Assembly: GCA_015661135.1 (NCBI GenBank)
Contig: JACVXW010000039.1
Span: 1 to 34,804, forward strand
Direction: 5' to 3'
Source of the DNA: Chloroflexota bacterium
Lineage (GTDB): Bacteria > Chloroflexota > Limnocylindria > Limnocylindrales > CSP1-4
DNA: 34,804 bases
A model generated the notes under the pieces. It saw only the letters and a list, made by a program, of their open reading frames with translations. It did not search any database and was not told the DNA's origin. Each line of letters starts with the position of its first letter. Position 1 is the stretch's first letter. This document shows positions 13,142 through 20,663 of this stretch, in pieces. The translations under genes were made by a program, and so were the position numbers.

Positions 13142-14353
13142 TCAGCCACGGTCGAGCCGACGCGCGAGGGCGTCGGCCAGGCGCGCATAGTCGGCGGGCT
13201 CGTTGTACAGCTGGGCGGACACGCGGACGGCGAGCGCCGAGGGCAGCGCGTCCGGCGTTTCACGCGCCGCCGGTACCGGCCAGCCGAAGATCGGCACCTC
13301 GATCCGGTCCTCGACCACGATTGACCGCTTGAGGGCATCGATCTCAACGTCCGGCATCGGTGGGAGCGGGAGCCGGATGGTCGCCATGGTCCCGAGCATC
13401 GTCGCCGGGGTAAGGGTCGCGACGCCAAGGGCCGCGGCAACCCGGGCGCGACCGTCGACCACGAGGTCATGGTTCGCCGCCATCACGCCCGGCCAGCCGT
13501 CCGCGTGGAGGGATTCGAGGGTCGCGAGCGCCGCAGGAAGGGCCAGATTCGGCGTCGGGTCCGGCGTACCCGTCCAGTCGAACTCCTTCCATAGGCGCGG
13601 GCGGGTGCTCCGCCGATCGTTGAAGCCGTGGCTGATGACGAGCGGATGGACCCGCTCCTGGCGATCCGCCCGGACATGGAGGAAGCCGGATCCCTTCGGA
13701 CCGCACAGCCACTTGTGGCCGTTGCCCGTCCAGTAGGCGGCCCCGAGGGCCTCGAGATACAGGCGCATCATGCCCGGGGCGTGGGCCCCGTCCACGAGCG
13801 CGTCGATCCCGCGTTCATCCATCGCGCGGACGATCTCCGCCACCGGGAGGATCGTCGCCGTCGGGCTCGTCACCTGGCTGATGACGACGAGCCGGGTGTG
13901 GGGCGTCACCGCCGCGATGAGCGCCTCGACGACCTGCCCCGACGACTCGATCTCGACGGGCAACTCGGCAATGACCCTGCGCGCACGCGCCCTCGCCGCG
14001 ACCTCGCCGACGGCGTTGAGGATCGCGTTGTACTCGTGATTGGTCGTCAGGAGCTCGTCGCCCGGCTCGAATCGGAGCGAGCGGAGGACGGTCGATACGC
14101 CGGTTGTGGCGTTGGAGACGAAGACGAGGTTCCCTGGATCGGCGCCGAGGAACGCGGCCACGGCTCGCCGCGCGGCGTCCAGGCGCTCCTCGAAGGTCGC
14201 CCACAGGAACTGGATGGGCCCCGCTTCGAGTTCGTCGATCAGGGCCCGCTGGAAGTTGAGGACCGGGACCGGGCACGCGCCGAACGAGCCGTGGTTGAGG
14301 AAGATGACCTCCGGGTCCAGGCGCCAGGGTGCGTCGGGTCCGTATGGTCGCAT
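13142..14353 (-). CDS. class-V PLP-dependent enzyme (isopenicillin-N-epimerase / cysteine-desulfurase-like aminotransferase)
   Basis: 403-aa ORF. It shows FLNHGSFGACP near the N-terminus, VSNATTG, and the PLP-lysine region GNGHKWLCGPKGSGFLHV. Confidence 0.8.
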   Translation of the reverse strand: MRPYGPDAPWRLDPEVIFLNHGSFGACPVPVLNFQRALIDELEAGPIQFLWATFEERLDAARRAVAAFLGADPGNLVFVSNATTGVSTVLRSLRFEPGDELLTTNHEYNAILNAVGEVAARARARRVIAELPVEIESSGQVVEALIAAVTPHTRLVVISQVTSPTATILPVAEIVRAMDERGIDALVDGAHAPGMMRLYLEALGAAYWTGNGHKWLCGPKGSGFLHVRADRQERVHPLVISHGFNDRRSTRPRLWKEFDWTGTPDPTPNLALPAALATLESLHADGWPGVMAANHDLVVDGRARVAAALGVATLTPATMLGTMATIRLPLPPMPDVEIDALKRSIVVEDRIEVPIFGWPVPAARETPDALPSALAVRVSAQLYNEPADYARLADALARRLDRG

Positions 14354-14380
14354 CCGCGAAGGATAGGGGAGCGCGTCCGG

Positions 14381-14752
14381 CTAACCCGGTTGGTCGCCCG
14401 GCGGCGTGATGTTCTTGACGGGCGGACGCTCGGCCGGAGCGTCTTGATCCGGAGCCCGCGGGGGCCGCCCGAGGAGTCGGTTGATGCCGTCCCGCAGGGT
14501 CACGAACGGCGCGAGATAGATGACGAGGAGCAGCGGAATCAGGAAGCGCGCCGGCGATGGCAGGGCCGCGACCAGCGAACCCAGGAGCCACAAGCCAAGG
14601 AAGTAGGCAGTCAGCGACTGCCGGCTCCAGCCCGCGAGTTGCAGTCGCCGGGTGGGCAGCAGGACGAGCAGGGCAACGAGCCCGACGAGGGCGATCGTGG
14701 TGGGCGACACGCTCCGGATGGTACGCGGCGACCGGCTAGGATGGAGCCCCAT
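14381..14752 (-). CDS. small integral membrane protein, unknown function
   Basis: Three hydrophobic helices (IALVGLVALLVLLP, AYFLGLWLLGSLVAALP, FLIPLLLVIYLAPFV) and a Pro-rich tail. ATG 14752 overlaps the divergent MFS start. An alternative in-frame GTG lies at 14710. The rest of the 248-aa ORF is antisense to the MFS gene. Confidence 0.45.
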   Translation of the reverse strand: MGLHPSRSPRTIRSVSPTTIALVGLVALLVLLPTRRLQLAGWSRQSLTAYFLGLWLLGSLVAALPSPARFLIPLLLVIYLAPFVTLRDGINRLLGRPPRAPDQDAPAERPPVKNITPPGDQPG

Positions 14753-16097
14753 GCCAATTGTTCGTTCGCTCTCCCGTGCGCTCCGCGGCTTCCCCGGCTG
14801 GCTCGTCCGGTGGCAGGCGATCCTTCCGTTGCTGGTCGCCGAGTTCATCCTGTGGACCGGCTTCGGGGCGCTCCTGCCGGTCATGCCGTTGTATTTCACC
14901 GAGCATGCCGTCGACATCGCCCTCCTCGGCGTCGTCATCGCCGCCTGGCCGGCCGCCCGGCTGATCGCAGAACCGATCTTCGGCCATCTCGCCGACCGGA
15001 CTGGCCGGGTCCCCCTGATGGTGCTGGGGCTTGTCGTTGCCGCCTCGTCCGTCGGCGCAATGGCGCTCTGGACGGGTCCGGTCGCGTTCGTCATCCTCCG
15101 GGCACTCTCCGGCCTCGGCACTGCCATGTACGATCCCGCGGCCCGTGGCTATCTGATGGATGCGACGCCGCCACAGCGGCGTGGCGAGGCGTTCGGCCTG
15201 TACAGCGCGGCCCAGATGGGCGGCATCGTCCTGGGTCCTGCGATCGGCGGACTGGGAACCGCCCTCGTCGGGGGGTACGGCTTCGTTTTCATCTTCGGTG
15301 CGGTGGCGACGTTCGCGGCCGCCGCCGCCGTTGCGGTTCGCGTTCGGGAGCAGCGCGGCGACCACGCTGCGCATGACCCCGTCGCGCCGGGGGCGAGCTT
15401 CTCGGAGTTCCCGGCCGAGCCCGGCCCCCCGGGACTCGTTGCCGGGGCGGCTCCGCCCGCCCCCATCTCCCTCCGGAACCGGTTCATGGTCGCGGCGAGC
15501 CTGGTGAACCTGGCCGGCTACTTCGGGGGCGGCCTGTACGAGACGATCTGGGCCATCTTCGTCACCGCCCGTGGCGGCGGAGTGGAACTCGTCGGCGTGA
15601 CGTTCGCGGTGTTCGGTCTCGTGACGATCCTCGTCTCACCCTTCGGGGGACGGATGGTGGACCGGCGCGGTCCGCTGCCGTTCATCGTGGGCGGACTGCT
15701 CCTGTCGGTCGCCGCGATGTTCACGTACCCGTTCGTGCGCGATCCGTGGTTGTTTGCGCCGCTCGTGGCCCTCGAGGCGATCGGATTTGCGTTCGTGGGC
15801 CCGGCGACGTATGCCATCGTCGCTCGCGGTACGCCTGATGGGCGGTCCTCGACTGCCCAGGGGCTCCTCGGCGCGGCCGGTACGATCGGGACGATCGCGG
15901 CCGCGCTGGCGACCGGCGTCCTGGCATCACTCGATCTGAATGCCCCCTTCTTCGTGGGCGGTGTCGTCATCCTTGTCGTGTTGGGGCTGGCGATCGGCGT
16001 CGGCGGGACCGCGCTTCGCTCGATGCGTCCGGGCCCTCTGGCTCCGCCGGGTCCTCCTGCACGCTCGACCCCTCCGGCCCGCTCGGCCGGGCCGTAG
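14751..16097 (+). CDS. MFS transporter (12 TM)
   Basis: 448 aa from ATG 14751. It has an MFS motif-A-like GHLADRTGRVPLM after TM2 and a second-half repeat FGGRMVDRRGPLP. There are 12 hydrophobic segments with a central loop. Confidence 0.85.
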   Translation: MPIVRSLSRALRGFPGWLVRWQAILPLLVAEFILWTGFGALLPVMPLYFTEHAVDIALLGVVIAAWPAARLIAEPIFGHLADRTGRVPLMVLGLVVAASSVGAMALWTGPVAFVILRALSGLGTAMYDPAARGYLMDATPPQRRGEAFGLYSAAQMGGIVLGPAIGGLGTALVGGYGFVFIFGAVATFAAAAAVAVRVREQRGDHAAHDPVAPGASFSEFPAEPGPPGLVAGAAPPAPISLRNRFMVAASLVNLAGYFGGGLYETIWAIFVTARGGGVELVGVTFAVFGLVTILVSPFGGRMVDRRGPLPFIVGGLLLSVAAMFTYPFVRDPWLFAPLVALEAIGFAFVGPATYAIVARGTPDGRSSTAQGLLGAAGTIGTIAAALATGVLASLDLNAPFFVGGVVILVVLGLAIGVGGTALRSMRPGPLAPPGPPARSTPPARSAGP

Positions 16098-16231
16098 AGG
16101 AGGGGCGCGTCCGGGCATTGACGCAGGGGCGTCGTGGATGCATCCCCGTTCCCGTGCTGCCCCGGCAAATCCTGGCTTGCGACCACCCCCGGAGCACTGC
16201 GCGGGTCACCGGCCACGGACGGCAGCCGCGA

Positions 16232-16260
16232 CCGCCGAGATCCGCCGAGATCCGCCGGAT
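16232..16260. repeat. 10-bp tandem repeat CCGCCGAGAT x2.9 in a non-coding spacer
   Basis: Read directly at 16232-16241 and 16242-16251, plus a degenerate copy at 16252-16260. Confidence 0.6.
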
Positions 16261-16474
16261 TTCCCGGGCGCGGCGCGGGCGTCGAGCGTGACCGGGCCGG
16301 GTGATGCGCCCCGTTCGGGTACCTGGGCGGACACGACCGCCGCCTGCACCTGGCGAGTGCTCCCCGGGGGAGCGTTGGCCACGAAACCGCGCCGAAGCCG
16401 CGGCAATCCGGGTGGTCCCCGGCGGTCCGTGCCCGGCGCAGACGTTGGGATGCCTACGAGCGTCGTCCAGGTCA

Positions 16475-16503
16475 TTGTCACATCGAGGCCGTGCGGTTAG
16501 AAT
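16475..16503 (+). promoter_or_regulatory. sigma-70/SigA-type promoter of the initiator tRNA
   Basis: -35 TTGTCA (16475-16480), 17-nt spacer, -10 TAGAAT (16498-16503). The tRNA 5' end lies 8 nt after the -10 element. Confidence 0.55.
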
Positions 16504-16510
16504 GCGAGGT

Positions 16511-16585
16511 CGCGGGGTGGAGCAGCGGCAGCTCGTCGGGCTCATAACCCGAAGGTCAGGGGTTCGAATCCCCTCCCCGCAACCA
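16511..16585 (+). tRNA. initiator tRNA-Met (anticodon CAU), CCA encoded
   Basis: CGCGGGGTGGAGCAGC...TCGGGCTCATAACCCGA...GGTTCGAATCC..CCCCGCAACCA is near-identical in its arms to bacterial tRNA-fMet as I recall it. It has the C1:A72 mismatch and three G:C pairs closing the anticodon stem. Confidence 0.9.
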
Positions 16586-16601
16586 ATCTGCATCCACCAC
16601 A

Positions 16602-16635
16602 GAACCCCGGCCCCGACCAGCCGGGGTTCTTCCTT
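16602..16635. terminator. intrinsic terminator hairpin between tRNA-fMet (+) and the ABC-2 operon (-)
   Basis: 10-bp perfect stem GAACCCCGGC / GCCGGGGTTC (16602-16611 / 16620-16629) with an 8-nt loop, followed by TTCCTT. Confidence 0.55.
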
Positions 16636-16666
16636 GCCCGGAAGCGCCCCCCGCCGAGCGCCGAGG

Positions 16667-17455
16667 TCAGCGGCTCAGGTTCCGGTAGCGGCGGACGCCG
16701 GCCGGCAGGAAGATTGCCAGGATCACGATGACCCAGATCACGGTCACCAGTGCCGGCTGCTCCGCTGGAAGTCCCGTCCCGACATAGGGGTTCGGGTTGC
16801 CCCACAGCTCGCGGGTTGCCGCGGTGAGCGTCGAGACCGGGTTCCACTCCGCGACCGGCTGGAGCCATTCGGGGAGCGACTGGGGCGGGACGAAGACGTT
16901 GGACAGGAACGTGATCGGGAAGAGGACAGTGAACGAGACCTGCTGGGCGACCTCGACGCTCGGCACGGCAAGGCCCAGCCAGACGCCGATCGCCGCCATC
17001 GCGACCGCGAACAGCAGGAGCAGGCCGACGCCGGCCAGCAGTTCCGGCAGACCGGTGTTGATTCGCCAGCCCACGACGTAGCCGGAGATCATGAGGACGA
17101 CGAGGATTCCCGCGTTGTAGACGACGTCCGCTACGGTCCGGCCGATCAGGACGGCCGAGCGAGACATCGGCAGCGAGCGAAATCGATCCAGCAGGCCCTT
17201 GTGGATGTCGTCGCACATGCCGATGGCCGTAGTGGCCGCCGCAAACACGATCGTCTGGGCAAAGATCCCCGGCATGAGGTACTCGCGGTAGCTGCCGCCG
17301 TCCGGCAGCGGGATCGCGCCGCCGAAGACGAACGCGAAGAGCAGCACGAACATGACCGACTGGAGGATCGCGAAGATCGCGAGCTCCGGGATTCGCGGGA
17401 TCCGCTTGAGATTGCGCCAGGTGACGATCAGGCCGTCGCTGATTGCCCCGTTCAC
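16667..17455 (-). CDS. ABC-2 type exporter permease (DrrB-like)
   Basis: 262 aa with six hydrophobic segments and an ABC-2 style N-terminus (..WRNLKRIPRIPELAIFAILQSVMFVLLF..). Its start overlaps the upstream ATPase stop by 4 nt. Confidence 0.85.
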   Translation of the reverse strand: MNGAISDGLIVTWRNLKRIPRIPELAIFAILQSVMFVLLFAFVFGGAIPLPDGGSYREYLMPGIFAQTIVFAAATTAIGMCDDIHKGLLDRFRSLPMSRSAVLIGRTVADVVYNAGILVVLMISGYVVGWRINTGLPELLAGVGLLLLFAVAMAAIGVWLGLAVPSVEVAQQVSFTVLFPITFLSNVFVPPQSLPEWLQPVAEWNPVSTLTAATRELWGNPNPYVGTGLPAEQPALVTVIWVIVILAIFLPAGVRRYRNLSR

Positions 17456-18426
17456 GCGGCCGCCTCCGGAGTTTCCGTTTCGGAGGTGTGACCGGTCAGG
17501 CTCAGGAAGACATCGTCCAGCGTGGGGCGCCGGAGGGCGATGTCATCGATCTCGACGCCGGCTTCGCCAAGGTCGCGGACGACCTCGATGAGCTTGGCCG
17601 CGCCGCCCGTGGCCGGGACCGTCAGCTTCCGGGTGTGCTCGTCCAGGGTCCACTGACCAGATCCATCCCGCGCAAGGATCTCCGCCGCCCGCTGGATCTC
17701 CGAGGGATCGTGGACCACGACTTCGATGCGTTCGCCGCCGACCTGCGACTTGAGCTGGTCCGCCGTCCCACGGGCGATGATCCTGCCGTGGTCCACGACA
17801 GCAATGATGTCGGCCAGTTCGTCCGCCTCCTCGAGGTACTGCGTGGTCAGAAGGAGCGTCACGCCATCCCGGACCAGGCGTCGGATGACGTCCCACATCC
17901 CGAGCCGGCTGCGCGGGTCCAGGCCGGTCGTGGGCTCATCGAGGAACAGCAGCCGGGGCCGGCCGATCAGGGCGCTGGCGAGGTCAAGGCGCCGGCGCAT
18001 CCCGCCGGAGTAGGTCTTGACCGTCCGGTCCGCCGCTTCCACGAGATCGAACTGCACGAGGAGCTCGGCCGCGCGCCGGCTCGACTCGGCCGACGGCAGT
18101 TGATACAGCCGCCCGAACATCCAGAGGTTCTCGCGGGCCGTGAGGTTCTCGTCCACCGCGGCGTACTGCCCGGACAGCCCGATCATCGATCGGACCTGGT
18201 GGGCCTCGCGGACGACGTCGAACCCGCCGACGGTCGCGTGACCGGCATCGGGCCGGAGCAGCGTCGCGAGGATGCGGACGGCCGTCGTCTTGCCCGCGCC
18301 GTTCGGTCCGAGCAGGCCCATGACCGTGCCCTCGTCCACCTGGAGGTCGACGCCGTCCAGGGCGCGGACCTCGGTCTTTCGGGTGCGGTAGATCTTGACC
18401 AGGCCTTCAGCCGTGATCGCAGCCAT
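17452..18426 (-). CDS. ABC transporter ATP-binding protein (DrrA-like)
   Basis: Walker A GPNGAGKTT, Q-loop, signature YSGGMRRRL, Walker B LLFLDEPTTGLD, H-loop TTQYLEEA, and a C-terminal DrrA-type extension. Confidence 0.9.
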   Translation of the reverse strand: MAAITAEGLVKIYRTRKTEVRALDGVDLQVDEGTVMGLLGPNGAGKTTAVRILATLLRPDAGHATVGGFDVVREAHQVRSMIGLSGQYAAVDENLTARENLWMFGRLYQLPSAESSRRAAELLVQFDLVEAADRTVKTYSGGMRRRLDLASALIGRPRLLFLDEPTTGLDPRSRLGMWDVIRRLVRDGVTLLLTTQYLEEADELADIIAVVDHGRIIARGTADQLKSQVGGERIEVVVHDPSEIQRAAEILARDGSGQWTLDEHTRKLTVPATGGAAKLIEVVRDLGEAGVEIDDIALRRPTLDDVFLSLTGHTSETETPEAAA

Positions 18427-18513
18427 GAACCCCCCGTTGCCTGCGCCGACGCCGGTTGGTCGGATCGTCGTGGGAAGCCAGGATCATACGGTCTGGCCGA
18501 GATTCAGCCAGGT

Positions 18514-19263
18514 TCAGTCCCAACGGAAGGTCCGCACCGCCAGACCCGCCGCACCGAGCCCCCAGGCGCCAACGACGAGGAGCGCGGGAACCGGATCGGG
18601 GCCGTTTCCAAGAGCGGCCCGGAAGAGGTCCGTCAGGGCCCCGGCCGGTAGCCACCTGGCGAGGGTCTCAACCGCGCCGGGGAGATGGTCGATCGGCAGG
18701 ACGATCCCGCCGACCATGATCGAGGCGAGGAACAGGCCGTTCGCGAGGGCGAGGACTGCCTCCGCGCGGAGCGTGCCGGCCAGCAGCAGACCCAGCCCGG
18801 CGAATGCCAACGTCCCGAGCAGTACCGCGGCACCGAAGAGAAGTGGCGAAACGCCGTCCGCCGGACGCCAGCCGAGCCCCACGACCGCGACCGTCACGAG
18901 AACGGCCACCTGGAGCACTTCCATCGCGAGGACCGCCAGGATCCTCGAGGCGATGACCGAGGCGCGGGTCACGGGTGCCCCGCCGAGCCGCTTGAGGACA
19001 CCGTACTGGCGATCGTAGGCGGTGCTGATGCCGAGGCTCACAAGGCCGCTGGCGATGATGGCGAGTGCCAGCGTCCCCGGTAGAAGGTAGTCCACCGGAC
19101 GGCCGGCGATCGCGGGAATCAGCCCGGTCGTCGCGAAGAAGAGGAGCACCGCCGGCGGGATGACCAGGGTGACGAGGACGTTCTCGCCCCTGCGCGCCGT
19201 CAGGCGCAGCTCGTGTGCCGCCAGCAAGACCGTTGCCCTGGCCGCAGCCACCGGCCGGCTCAT
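18514..19263 (-). CDS. ABC-2 type exporter permease
   Basis: 249 aa with six hydrophobic segments and the ABC-2 motif region ..YDRQYGVLKRLGGAPVTR.. The ATG overlaps (ATGA) the stop of the alternative-frame C-terminus of the upstream ATPase. Confidence 0.8.
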   Translation of the reverse strand: MSRPVAAARATVLLAAHELRLTARRGENVLVTLVIPPAVLLFFATTGLIPAIAGRPVDYLLPGTLALAIIASGLVSLGISTAYDRQYGVLKRLGGAPVTRASVIASRILAVLAMEVLQVAVLVTVAVVGLGWRPADGVSPLLFGAAVLLGTLAFAGLGLLLAGTLRAEAVLALANGLFLASIMVGGIVLPIDHLPGAVETLARWLPAGALTDLFRAALGNGPDPVPALLVVGAWGLGAAGLAVRTFRWD

Positions 19264-19284
19264 TCGCCGTGCTCCACGGCATCA

Positions 19285-20076
19285 TCACGGGTGAGGGCGA
19301 GGTAGCGATCCTCGAGGCTTCCCCCGACCGGCCGGACGTCCAGCGGAGTCAGGCCCATCTCCGATAGCTTCCGGCGGACCCTCGGCCACGATCCGTCCCT
19401 CGTTGAGGATCAGCACGCGGTCGGCCAGCTGCTCCACGTCACCGAGGTCGTGGGTGGTCATGAGGATGGCCGCACCGGCGTCGCGCCATCCGGCGATCCG
19501 CCGGCGCGCCGCGCGCCTGGCTTCGGGATCCATGCCCGCGGTCGGCTCATCAAGGATGATGACCTCCGGATCACCGATGACGGCGAGGGCGAGGGCGAGC
19601 CGCTGCCGCTCTCCACCGGACAGGCGGCGGATCGGCGAGCCGGCCACGCTCATGAGCCCGGCGGCCTCGAGGGCTGCGGCTGGATCGGGCCGCGACGCGG
19701 CTCCGCCCGCATCGGAGCTTGTGTGCAGGCCGGCGTACAGCCGGACCAGGTCGCGCGGCGTCGAGCGCGGATCCAGCCCGCCGTCCTGGAGCATGAGCCC
19801 GACGCGCGCCTTCAGGGCCGGCCCGCCGTGCCGGGGATCCTGCCCGAGGACCCTGACTCGCCCAGCGTCGGCCGCGCGATAGCCCTCCAGGATCTCGACG
19901 GCGGTCGTCTTGCCGGCCCCGTTCGGGCCGAGGAGCGCGACAAGCTCACCGGGCCGGACCGTGAGGGAGACGCCGTCCAGGACCGTCCGGTGGCCGTAGC
20001 GCTTGACGACGCCCTCGAGGGCGAGGGCGGGTTCGGACGGGGGCGGGGGAGGGGACGCGGACGCGCGCGCCGTCAA
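19285..20076 (-). CDS. ABC transporter ATP-binding protein (ABC-2 partner), C-terminus frameshifted
   Basis: Walker A GPNGAGKTT, signature LSGGERQRL, Walker B VIILDEPTAGMD, H-loop TTHDL. A probable TTG start at 20076 overlaps the TlpA-like stop (TTGA). After ..AEGPPEAIG the frame gives a Pro/Arg/Gly tail ending at 19285. The expected tail MGLTPLDVRPVGGSLEDRYLALTRDDAVEHGE* is in another frame (19358-19260). Confidence 0.8.
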   Translation of the reverse strand: MTARASASPPPPPSEPALALEGVVKRYGHRTVLDGVSLTVRPGELVALLGPNGAGKTTAVEILEGYRAADAGRVRVLGQDPRHGGPALKARVGLMLQDGGLDPRSTPRDLVRLYAGLHTSSDAGGAASRPDPAAALEAAGLMSVAGSPIRRLSGGERQRLALALAVIGDPEVIILDEPTAGMDPEARRAARRRIAGWRDAGAAILMTTHDLGDVEQLADRVLILNEGRIVAEGPPEAIGDGPDSAGRPAGRGKPRGSLPRPHP

Positions 20077-20582
20077 GGCGTCGCGCCGCCAACCGACCCG
20101 GAGCCGGCCGCCCCCGAGATCGTTGCGTAGTACCGCTCGAAGTCGGCGTCGGTCAGCTCGCCAACCTGGATGGCGCGGAGGATCCCGTCCCGGTCGATGA
20201 AATAGGTCTGGGGACGGGCGACTGCCCGGTAGGCCGTCCGGATCGCGCCGTCGGGATCGTCGATCGTCGGCCAGGTCGCGCCGAAGTCGGCGATGAAGTC
20301 GCGGGCCGGCACGGGCGGATCGAACATCAGGATGCCCACGATCGCTAGCCCGTCCGACGCGTGCTGCTCCAACTTCGCCAGGAAGAGCGGGAACTCGTTG
20401 CGACACGGAACGCAGGACGGGCCCCAAAAGTTCACGATGACCGGCCGGCCGCGCAGGTCCGCGAGGGCAAGTTGCGCACCGTCCAGGGTGGTGCCGGAGA
20501 AGGCGGGCGCCGGCAGCCCCTTGCCGAACCCGTCCATCGGTGATGGCGCGCCGCCGCCGGGCCGAACGACGGCGAGGATCAC
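20073..20582 (-). CDS. TlpA/ResA-like membrane-anchored thioredoxin (thiol:disulfide oxidoreductase)
   Basis: Thioredoxin fold with active site WGPSCVPCRNEFP and ..RPQTYFIDRDG.. The ORF opens at GTG 20582, which cuts a TM anchor. That anchor (RRRPIVVALAVAILATIVILAVV) continues in frame up to the upstream stop at 20664-20666, without any ATG, GTG or TTG. Confidence 0.75.
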   Translation of the reverse strand: MILAVVRPGGGAPSPMDGFGKGLPAPAFSGTTLDGAQLALADLRGRPVIVNFWGPSCVPCRNEFPLFLAKLEQHASDGLAIVGILMFDPPVPARDFIADFGATWPTIDDPDGAIRTAYRAVARPQTYFIDRDGILRAIQVGELTDADFERYYATISGAAGSGSVGGATP

Positions 20583-20663
20583 GATCGTGGCGAGGATCGC
20601 AACGGCCAGGGCAACGACGATGGGGCGGCGGCGTGGATCGATCCGAACAGCCGTGACCGGCCC

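Noticed and set aside
16206-16481. 91-aa minus-strand ORF and overlapping plus-strand ORFs in the MFS / tRNA-fMet spacer.
   Set aside because: Their composition is Arg/Pro/Gly-rich. They have no ribosome-binding site and overlap the tRNA promoter. They are most likely non-coding.
18483-18488. Candidate -10 box (TATGAT on the minus strand) for the DrrAB-like operon.
   Set aside because: The only -35 candidate at 17-nt spacing (CTGGCT) is poor. The evidence is not strong enough to list it as a feature.
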